NCBI GenBank assembly: GCA_016213135.1
Contig: JACRBQ010000028.1
Coordinates: 71,284-135,283 of the forward strand
DNA: 64,000 nucleotides
Source: Chloroflexota bacterium
Lineage (GTDB): Bacteria > Chloroflexota > Anaerolineae > Anaerolineales > VGOW01
Direction: 5' to 3'
Position numbers and translations under genes: made by a program. Below are positions 51,053 through 58,326 of this stretch, in pieces. Below the pieces are notes generated by a model. The model had not been told where the DNA came from and ran no database searches. It worked only from the letters and a program-made list of their open reading frames with translations. Within the stretch, counting starts at the first letter, position 1; each line of letters begins with the position of its first letter.

Positions 51053-52906
51053 ATGTGCGGTATCGTGGGCCTCGCGGCCCCGGATGCTTCCGCCGACACC
51101 CTCGGCCCGCTCAACGACCTCCTCGCCCATCGCGGCCCGGACGACTCGGGCGTGTACGGGGGTGAGGGCCTGGCGCTGGCCGCGCGCCGCCTGAGCATCA
51201 TCGACCTCGAGGCCGGGCATCAGCCTCTCAGCAACGAAGACGGCACGGTGTGGCTGGTTTACAACGGCGAGGTCTACAATGCGCCCGCGCTCCGCGCCCA
51301 ACTCGAAGCCGCCGGGCATCGCTTCGCCACCCACACCGACACCGAGACCATCGTCCACGCCTACGAGCAATGGGGCCGCGCCGCCGTGGCTCGCCTGCGC
51401 GGCATGTTCGCCTTCGCCCTGTGGGACGCACCGCGCCGCCGGTTGCTCCTTGCCCGTGACCGCTTCGGCGTGAAGCCGCTGTATTACGCACAGGCGGGCA
51501 ATCGCTTCGCCTTCGCCTCCGAAGTGCGCCCCGTGCTGAGCGCGCTGCCCCAGCTCTCGCGCTGTGCCAGCCTGCCCGCTTTGCATCACCTCTTCAGCCT
51601 CGGCTTCATCCCCTCGCCGCTCACCGCCTTCGACGGCGTATTCAAGCTGCCCGCCGCGCACACACTCGTGTTGGAGAACGGCCAACTCACGCTCGAATGC
51701 TATTGGCAATTGCGTTACCCGCCCGACGGCGGGCACCGGCGTATCGGTCTCGACGAGGCCTCCGAGCAGTTTGTCGCCGCGCTGCGCGACGCCGTGGCCG
51801 CGTGGCGGCTCAGCGACGTGCCCGTCGGTTCACTCCTCAGCGGCGGCGTGGACTCGGCCTCGCTCGCCGCGCTGCTGGCCGAGATCACCGGCGGGCAGAT
51901 TCACACCTTCACCATCGGCTTCACCGCCGCCTCGCACGACGAATCCGCGCTTGCCCGCGAAGCCGCCCGCGCCATCGGCAGCCACCATCACGAACTCACT
52001 TTCTCCGCCGCCGACTTCGAGTTACTGCCGCACGTCGTCCGCCGCCTCGAAGAGCCGCAGTGCTCGGCCACCAGCGTGCCCATCTTTCTGCTTTATCGCG
52101 CCTGCCGCGAGGCGGGCTTCAAAGTGATCATGACCGGCGAGGGCGCCGACGAACTGCTGGGCGGCTATCACTGGTTCGATGGCGACCGCCGCGTGCGGCC
52201 TCTGTTACGGTTGCCGCAATTCATCCGGGGGATAATGGCCCGTGCCCCCGTGACCGCCTCCGACGCGGCCCGGCGCGTCCTGGCCCGTGGCGGCGCTGAC
52301 CCGGTGGCGCGTTATGCCCTGTGGCAACAGGTCGCCGGCCTGACCGAACTCGCCGCCCTCACCCCCAGCCCCTCTCCCTTGGGGAGAGGGGAGTTGAGGC
52401 TCCCTCTCCCTTTGGGAGAGGGTTGGGGTGAGGGTTGGCATCCCCTCGACCAATTCCTCTACCTCGAATCGCAAACGCGCATGATCGACTTCATCAACTT
52501 CGAAGTGGATCGCATGAGCATGGCGAACTCCGTCGAGGCCCGCCCGCCGTTTCTCGATCATCACCTGTGGGAGTTGTGCGCCGCGCTGCCGCCGGACTGC
52601 AAACTGAGTCCCAACGGCAACAAACTGCTGTTGCGCCTCGGCATGAAAGGCAAACTGCCGCCCGCCGTGCTCGGTCAGCCCAAACGCGGCCTCGCCGCGC
52701 CCCATGCCGCGTGGCTTCGCGCCGAGCGCCTGCCCCCGTGGGCCGAGGAGGCCCTGCACCCCTCGGCCCTCGCCCAAACCGGTTACTTCCAACCCGCCGA
52801 AGTGTCCCGCCTACGCGCTGCTCACCAGTCCGCCCGCGCCGACCACTCTCGCCTGCTCATGGGCATCCTCACGACCCAACTCTGGCATTCCGAATTCCTC
52901 CTCTGA
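51053..52906 (+). CDS. Asparagine synthetase B-type (glutamine-hydrolysing) enzyme; positional equivalent of the lasso cyclase
   Basis: 617 aa; N-terminal MCGIVG (Ntn Cys2 intact), PP-loop SGGVDSAS, C-terminal RMSMANSVEARPPFLD. Confidence 0.85.
   Translation: MCGIVGLAAPDASADTLGPLNDLLAHRGPDDSGVYGGEGLALAARRLSIIDLEAGHQPLSNEDGTVWLVYNGEVYNAPALRAQLEAAGHRFATHTDTETIVHAYEQWGRAAVARLRGMFAFALWDAPRRRLLLARDRFGVKPLYYAQAGNRFAFASEVRPVLSALPQLSRCASLPALHHLFSLGFIPSPLTAFDGVFKLPAAHTLVLENGQLTLECYWQLRYPPDGGHRRIGLDEASEQFVAALRDAVAAWRLSDVPVGSLLSGGVDSASLAALLAEITGGQIHTFTIGFTAASHDESALAREAARAIGSHHHELTFSAADFELLPHVVRRLEEPQCSATSVPIFLLYRACREAGFKVIMTGEGADELLGGYHWFDGDRRVRPLLRLPQFIRGIMARAPVTASDAARRVLARGGADPVARYALWQQVAGLTELAALTPSPSPLGRGELRLPLPLGEGWGEGWHPLDQFLYLESQTRMIDFINFEVDRMSMANSVEARPPFLDHHLWELCAALPPDCKLSPNGNKLLLRLGMKGKLPPAVLGQPKRGLAAPHAAWLRAERLPPWAEEALHPSALAQTGYFQPAEVSRLRAAHQSARADHSRLLMGILTTQLWHSEFLL
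52369..52422. repeat. Two tandem G/C-rich palindromes inserted in-frame in the AsnB-type gene
   Basis: CCCCTCTCCC-ttg-GGGAGAGGGG (52369-52391) and CTCCCTCTCCC-ttt-GGGAGAGGG (52400-52422). They encode PSPSPLGRGELRLPLPLGEGWGEGW. Confidence 0.85.
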
Positions 52907-52969
52907 CCATTTCGCCTCCCACCTCTCACCTCCCACTTCCCACTTCCCACTTCCCACCTCTCCTCCCCC
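52907..52969. repeat. Heptamer-periodic intergenic element (tcccact type)
   Basis: tcccacc tctcacc tcccact tcccact tcccact tcccacc tctcctc, between the AsnB-type and EEP genes. Confidence 0.85.
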
Positions 52970-53749
52970 ATGCGCCTCCTCACTTACAACCTCTACTTCG
53001 GCGGCGCCGACCGGGCCGAGCAAATTCTTGCGGTGCTGACTCACGCCAACGCCGACGTGATTGCCCTCACCGAGGCGGACGACCGGGCCGTGGTGGAGAT
53101 GCTCGCTGCGCGGTTGGGCATGGTTCACCAGTGGGCGCGAGGCAGCGGCGATCGACACATTGCCACCCTCTCCCGCTTCCCCATCGTGGATTGGCATATC
53201 TACAACAGGCCGCCCCTCAGCCAAGCCGCGCTGGAAACAACGCTGGAAATCCGGCCGTCGCCGATCGGGTCGGAGGTTGGAGGGGTGGGGGTCACAATTT
53301 ATAACGTGCATCTTCTCCCTTACCTCTTCCTCCCGTTCGAGCTGCGCCGCTGGCAAGCCGTAGGCTGTCTGCTGCAAATCATCCGCCAGCAGCCATCGGG
53401 GCCGCACCTGCTCGTGGGCGACTTCAACGCCATTGCCCCCGGCGACCGTGTGCTGCAACACCTCCACCCGCCGCGCATGAGGCGGCAGCAGGCGCTGCAA
53501 TTCAACATCATCTTCCGGTTGGCCCTTCGCCGCCTCCTCAGCGCCGGGTACACCGATTGCTTCCGTGCCCTGCACCCCGCCGACGACGGCTTTACGTGGA
53601 TGCCCCCCAGGCCGAGCACCCGCTACGACTACATCCTCGCCGACCCCACCCTGGCCCGCGCCCTCACCGCCTGCCGGGTCGTCGACGACCTGCCAGCCAT
53701 CGCCACCGCCTCCGACCACTTGCCGCTGATGGCTGACTTTGAGTTTTGA
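52970..53749 (+). CDS. Endonuclease/exonuclease/phosphatase (EEP) family protein
   Basis: 259 aa; MRLLTYNLYFGG...ALTE...GDFN...SDHLPL pattern of the EEP fold. Confidence 0.8.
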   Translation: MRLLTYNLYFGGADRAEQILAVLTHANADVIALTEADDRAVVEMLAARLGMVHQWARGSGDRHIATLSRFPIVDWHIYNRPPLSQAALETTLEIRPSPIGSEVGGVGVTIYNVHLLPYLFLPFELRRWQAVGCLLQIIRQQPSGPHLLVGDFNAIAPGDRVLQHLHPPRMRRQQALQFNIIFRLALRRLLSAGYTDCFRALHPADDGFTWMPPRPSTRYDYILADPTLARALTACRVVDDLPAIATASDHLPLMADFEF

Positions 53750-53759
53750 ATGTTGAGTG

Positions 53760-53773
53760 TTGAGTTTTGAATT
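53760..53773. repeat. Left 14-bp terminal inverted repeat of the four-helix-bundle cassette
   Basis: TTGAGTTTTGAATT is the exact reverse complement of 54152-54165. Part of heptamer array 53741-53775 (gagtttt gaatgtt gagtgtt gagtttt gaattc). Confidence 0.85.
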
Positions 53774-53793
53774 CTCACGAAGGAGTCTTGCCT

Positions 53794-54153
53794 GTGAGCG
53801 AAAGCATTGTTCAGAAGAAGAGTTTTGAGTTTTCGTTGGAAATTATTGCGCTTTATCGAGTGCTTCAGGGAAAGCGCGAATATGTAATTTCCAAACAGTT
53901 GCTGCGCAGCGGCACAAGCATTGGGGCCAATGTGGAGGAGGCATCGGCGGGGCAGAGCAAAAAGGATTTTCTCTCAAAGATGTCGGTAGCTTCCAAAGAA
54001 GCCAGAGAAACGAAATACTGGCTGCGCCTGCTTCAAGAGTCGAAAATCGTTGATATGGATGTCGCCACTGAGCTTTCTCACGTCGAGGAGCTGATCCGTA
54101 TCCTCACTGCCATAGTCAAAACCACCGGCGCCCAACTTCGCCCCAATTCATAA
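53794..54153 (+). CDS. Four-helix-bundle protein (23S rRNA intervening-sequence protein family)
   Basis: Probable GTG start at 53794, after GAAGGAG (VSESIVQKKSFEFSLEIIALYRVL...SKQLLRSGTSIGANVEEA...KDFLSKMSVASKEARETKYWLRLL). GC content is clearly lower than the flanking genes. Confidence 0.8.
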   Translation: MSESIVQKKSFEFSLEIIALYRVLQGKREYVISKQLLRSGTSIGANVEEASAGQSKKDFLSKMSVASKEARETKYWLRLLQESKIVDMDVATELSHVEELIRILTAIVKTTGAQLRPNS

Positions 54154-54165
54154 TTCAAAACTCAA
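54152..54165. repeat. Right 14-bp terminal inverted repeat of the four-helix-bundle cassette
   Basis: AATTCAAAACTCAA; part of heptamer array 54147-54177 (aattcaa aactcaa aactcaa aacttca). Confidence 0.85.
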
Positions 54166-54178
54166 AACTCAAAACTTC

Positions 54179-55177
54179 ATGCAGCACCCAACTCCTCCTC
54201 AAGATTTTTGGTCCCGGCAAGCGAATGCTCAAAGCCACTCATTGGCGTTCGCCCCGCTGGGCACGCCCGCCGCAATCACCGCCAACGATCCGGCCGTCCT
54301 CGCCGCCGCCCGGCTCTCGGCGGGGCGTTACAGCCGCGCCCCCAACGTCGGTGGCCGGCCCATCCGTGTCAGCATCGTCGTCGGCGCGCAAGCCACCGCG
54401 CCCGTGCCGCCCGACCTGCCCGACCGGTTGGTTTACGCCGGGTTGGGTCATTGGCTCACCGTTTCCGCCGGCGAATGGGGACACGGCTTTGCCAACCGCC
54501 AGACGCGCCAGGCCTTCGTCTTCCTCTCCCCGGCCCTCGCCGCCGAGCCGTTGCTGGTCAGCCGCTACTTTGTGGATCATTATCTGCTCAACCTGCTAAT
54601 GACCGAGTGGGCCATGCTTCACGCCTCGTGCGTGGTTGATGCTGCCGGGCGACTCATCCTCATGGTCGCCTCGCACAACACCGGCAAATCCACCACCGCC
54701 CTGCGGCTCATGCGCGCCGGGCACACCTTCCTCGCCGACGGCATGGCGTTGCTCAAAGCCGACGGGCCTGGCCTGCTCGTCGGCGGCTACCCCATCGGCG
54801 AAGTGAAATTGCGCGACGACGTGCTGGCTCTGTTTCCGGAATACACCGGCGACGCCGTGCAAGTTCGCGAGCATCGCAAAACAGTGGTAAATTTGCGGGC
54901 CGCGCACCCGGCGCAAGTGGCCGAGTCCGTATTCACGCCCGCTGCCGTGCGGCTGCTGTTGGTGGAGCAGGGGGCCGCCACCGCTGCCGAGCCGTTGACC
55001 GACCGCGCGCAGATGCTCGCCGCCATTGCGCCGAACACGGTGTTTTGGGACGAGCCTGTCGCGCTCGAACACAACACGGCCATTCTCAATCGTTTGTTGG
55101 ATGCGGCTCGCGCTTACCGCTTCACCCTCGGCCCCGACCCGGCTCAGATCATTTCCGCGATGGAGGCATTGGAATGA
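54179..55177 (+). CDS. HPr-kinase-related P-loop kinase, copy 2
   Basis: 332 aa; LHASCVVDAAGRLILMVASHNTGKSTTALRLMRAGHTFLADGMALL resembles the HprK C-terminal domain (compare HGV..V.G.GVLI.G.SG.GKSE.AL.L...GH.LVADD). Confidence 0.75.
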   Translation: MQHPTPPQDFWSRQANAQSHSLAFAPLGTPAAITANDPAVLAAARLSAGRYSRAPNVGGRPIRVSIVVGAQATAPVPPDLPDRLVYAGLGHWLTVSAGEWGHGFANRQTRQAFVFLSPALAAEPLLVSRYFVDHYLLNLLMTEWAMLHASCVVDAAGRLILMVASHNTGKSTTALRLMRAGHTFLADGMALLKADGPGLLVGGYPIGEVKLRDDVLALFPEYTGDAVQVREHRKTVVNLRAAHPAQVAESVFTPAAVRLLLVEQGAATAAEPLTDRAQMLAAIAPNTVFWDEPVALEHNTAILNRLLDAARAYRFTLGPDPAQIISAMEALE

Positions 55178-56322
55178 AACGCACCTTGATCGTGATCATA
55201 GCCTTCGCTATGGCCGCCTGTTCCTCCCCGGCGCCAACCTTGCCTCCCCTGCCCACCCTGCCGCCGGGGGCCACCGCCGCCCCGGCCACCGAGCCAGTTG
55301 CCCCGGCGGAAACGGCGACTCCGCCGCCCGTCACCGCCACTGCGGCCCCCACCGCCACTCCCGCCTCCGACGCGGTGCCGTGTCCCCTCACCGACCTGCC
55401 CGTGTCGCAGTCCGTGCTGCAATCGCGCCGCCCGCTGCTGGTGCAAATCGGCAACTCAGGCCCCGAGCGCCCGCAGTTCGGGCTGGCCCAGGCCGACCTC
55501 GTGTTTGAGACCATTGCCGAGGGCGGCATCACCCGCTTCTCGGCCATCTACTTTTGCCAGGATGCCACCGACATTGCCGGGGTGCGCTCCGGCCGGTTGA
55601 TTGACCTTCAGCTTCTGCCCATCTTCGACGCCGTTTTTGTGCACGTGGGGGCGAGCGAGCAAGTGCAGGCGCTGTTTGAAAACGATAGACACATCCGCGA
55701 CACCAGCCTCGACTTCTTTCGCAGTCACCCCGGCTTCACCCTGCAACCGGATCGCCGCCGCGCCCCGTTCGACGTGTTCACCAGCACCGAAGCGCTGTAC
55801 AATGCCGCGCGCCGGCGGGCCATTCCGGTTCCGGGCGACCGGCCCGTGCCGCAGTTGAACTTTGCCGCTGCTCCGCCTGCCGGGGGAACGCCCGTCGCCT
55901 CCGTCACCGTGCGGCACCACTCGAGCTATTGGGTGCGCTGGAAGTGGGATGCCGCTGCCAATGTGTGGGGGCGACACCTCACCAGCGAAACGGCCCCGGC
56001 CAACGACACCCCCCACGTGGACGCGGCCACCGGGCGCATCCTCACCGCTGCCAACGTGCTCATCGTTCAGGCGCCGCACGAGCAGACGGACATCATTGAA
56101 GACAGCCTGAACTCGCGCTCGATGCAAGTGAACCTCATCGGCAGCGGCGCGGCCACACTGCTGCGCGACGGGCAACTGTTCACCGGCTCGTGGAAGCGCG
56201 AGGCCCTCACCGACTGGTTCACCCTCACGCTGGCCGACGGCTCGCCGATGACTCTGCATCCGGGAAACACGTTTGTGCATTTCTATCCGACTACGTTTAA
56301 GCTGGATGCGGCTCAACCATGA
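55174..56322 (+). CDS. DUF3048-domain lipoprotein
   Basis: ATG 55174 overlaps the upstream stop (ATGA). MKRTLIVIIAFAMAACSS lipobox, PT/A-rich linker, then CPLTDLP...RRPLLVQIGNSGPERPQFGLAQADLVFETIAEGGITRFSAIY. Confidence 0.75.
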   Translation: MKRTLIVIIAFAMAACSSPAPTLPPLPTLPPGATAAPATEPVAPAETATPPPVTATAAPTATPASDAVPCPLTDLPVSQSVLQSRRPLLVQIGNSGPERPQFGLAQADLVFETIAEGGITRFSAIYFCQDATDIAGVRSGRLIDLQLLPIFDAVFVHVGASEQVQALFENDRHIRDTSLDFFRSHPGFTLQPDRRRAPFDVFTSTEALYNAARRRAIPVPGDRPVPQLNFAAAPPAGGTPVASVTVRHHSSYWVRWKWDAAANVWGRHLTSETAPANDTPHVDAATGRILTAANVLIVQAPHEQTDIIEDSLNSRSMQVNLIGSGAATLLRDGQLFTGSWKREALTDWFTLTLADGSPMTLHPGNTFVHFYPTTFKLDAAQP

Positions 56323-57128
56323 CCCGCACCCTCGACACCCTCCGCGCTTTCACCGAACGCGGCTTCCGGCTGGCGGCCAGTTACCGGCTGACCTTCGTGG
56401 GCACTTACCTCGGCGGGGCGATGACCGTGGTGTTCTTTGGCGCGCTGCAAAGTCTGGTGGGCAAGCGTGTGCCCTCGGTGGCGGCCTATGGCGACTACTT
56501 CACCTATCTGCTCATCGGCGGCATCTTCGCCCGTTACCTGTCGTTTGGCATGAGGCACTTTGGCCGCGAACTGGAACAGGAAATGCTGGCCGGGACGCTG
56601 GAGCCGATGCTCGTCACCCGCACTCCGTCTCCGCTCATTCTGCTGGGGCCGTCGCTGTGGGTGGCCGTGGAAGGGCTGCTGGTGATGGCGCTGCAATTCA
56701 TCGTCGGCGTGACGTTTTTTGTGACCGACTTTTCGCGCGCCAACTGGCCCTCGGCCCTCGTCGTCGGGGCGCTGGCGTTGGTGGCTCTCAGCTTTTGGGG
56801 AGTGCTGGCGGCGGCGTTCATGCTGCTGTTCAAACGCGCCGACCCGCTGAGCTGGTTTGTGGACTTCACTATTTTTCTGCTGGCGGGCGTGTACTTCCCG
56901 GTCGCCATTTTGCCGCTGTGGCTCAAAGCCATCGCCTATCTTTTGCCCTTGAGCTACACCTTGGACGCCGTGCGGCTGGCGCTCATGCGCGGTCAATCGG
57001 TCACCGACCTGGGCGGCTACGTGGGCATTCTGTTGCTGTTCAATGCGTTGCTGATTCCGGGCGGGTTGCTGGCCTTTCGCGCTGCGCTGCGGCACGTCAA
57101 GCAAACCGGATCGTTGGGCCATTACTAA
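56319..57128 (+). CDS. ABC-2-type transporter permease (no cognate ATPase gene adjacent)
   Basis: 269 aa; 6 predicted TM helices. 4-nt overlap with the upstream gene. ABC-2 style N-terminus (LRAFTERGFRLAASYRLTFV). Confidence 0.7.
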   Translation: MTRTLDTLRAFTERGFRLAASYRLTFVGTYLGGAMTVVFFGALQSLVGKRVPSVAAYGDYFTYLLIGGIFARYLSFGMRHFGRELEQEMLAGTLEPMLVTRTPSPLILLGPSLWVAVEGLLVMALQFIVGVTFFVTDFSRANWPSALVVGALALVALSFWGVLAAAFMLLFKRADPLSWFVDFTIFLLAGVYFPVAILPLWLKAIAYLLPLSYTLDAVRLALMRGQSVTDLGGYVGILLLFNALLIPGGLLAFRAALRHVKQTGSLGHY

Positions 57129-57134
57129 TCACCC

Positions 57135-58316
57135 ATGTTTCCCGATCTCGTCCGTTCCCTCCGCCTTGACGCGCCGGCGTTTGAACCGGCCCCCGGCGCC
57201 GACTGGGCCGCACTGCTGGATCAGGCTGACGCGCACTCGCTGACGCCGTTGTTGCATGCGTTGGGGCGGGAGTTGGGGTGGCTGCGTATGCTTCCAACGG
57301 AAGCGGCTAGTCGGATGGCGAAAGCGTTTGGCGACAATGCGCGTAGGCAGATCAACGTGCGCGCCGAGTTGCTGGAGATCGACTCGATCCTCACCGAGGC
57401 CTGTGTCCCTCACATTGTGCTGAAGGGCTGGCCGGTAGTGGAGCGGCTATACGCCAACCCGGCGCAGCGCGTAATGTACGACCACGATTTTTTGCTTCCG
57501 GCGGAGGCGGCGCAGGCCGGGCACGCGGCGCTGAAGGCGGCGGGGTTCGGGCCGGTGCCCGTTAAGGATGCCTGGGTGGAAAAGCATTTGCCCGCACTGT
57601 GGCGCAACGAGGGCTATGTGTGGGATGGCTATCTGTTCGATCCCGACTACCCGCGCCCGGTGGAACTGCACGTGCAGTTGTGGGACACGGGCTGGCGCGG
57701 GTTGCGGGTGGGCCCGTTGCCCGACGTGTGGAGCGCCTCGCCAACCCGAACCGTGGCCGGGCGGCCCATGCGTGTGCTGTCCGACGCCGACAACATCATT
57801 CATCTGGCGATGCACTTCGCCGGGCACTGGGTGGAGCGCGAGGCGCGGCTGAATCAATTGCTGGATGTGGCCCGCTGGCTGGCGCTGCCGGAGGCGCGGG
57901 GCGAGGCCTTTTGGCAGGCGGTGGCGGCGCGCGCCTCTGCCGCCGGGGTGGGGCGGTTTGTGTATGCCTCGGTATGGCTGGCGGGCGAGGTGTTCGGCGC
58001 GCCTCTGCCGCCCGCCGCGCCGTGGCAGCAGCTGGCCCGGGCCACGCCGCCCAGGTTGCGCGCCTGGCTGGCGGCCCACGGCGTGGCGGATGCCTTGGAA
58101 TCCAACTATCGCCGCCGCAACCTGCGCACCGGCTACGAGTTGACTTTTTTGGCCGCCGCTTCGCCGGCAGAACGGCTGGGTATTCTGCGTTTTGCCGCCT
58201 TCCCGAATTTGGCGCATCTTATGGCAAAATATGGGCTACACTCTCGTTGCCAGGCGGTGCTATATTATCCCCGCTACGTGGCCGAGCGCATGGGTAGGGT
58301 GACGGCGAAATTCTGA
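57135..58316 (+). CDS. Uncharacterised nucleotidyltransferase family protein (NTP_transf_5-like), copy 2
   Basis: 393 aa; VLKGWPVVERLYANPAQRVMYDHDFLL, VELHVQLW, IHLAMHFAGH; paralog of 38965..40137. Confidence 0.7.
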   Translation: MFPDLVRSLRLDAPAFEPAPGADWAALLDQADAHSLTPLLHALGRELGWLRMLPTEAASRMAKAFGDNARRQINVRAELLEIDSILTEACVPHIVLKGWPVVERLYANPAQRVMYDHDFLLPAEAAQAGHAALKAAGFGPVPVKDAWVEKHLPALWRNEGYVWDGYLFDPDYPRPVELHVQLWDTGWRGLRVGPLPDVWSASPTRTVAGRPMRVLSDADNIIHLAMHFAGHWVEREARLNQLLDVARWLALPEARGEAFWQAVAARASAAGVGRFVYASVWLAGEVFGAPLPPAAPWQQLARATPPRLRAWLAAHGVADALESNYRRRNLRTGYELTFLAAASPAERLGILRFAAFPNLAHLMAKYGLHSRCQAVLYYPRYVAERMGRVTAKF

Positions 58317-58326
58317 TTGAGGGGCG

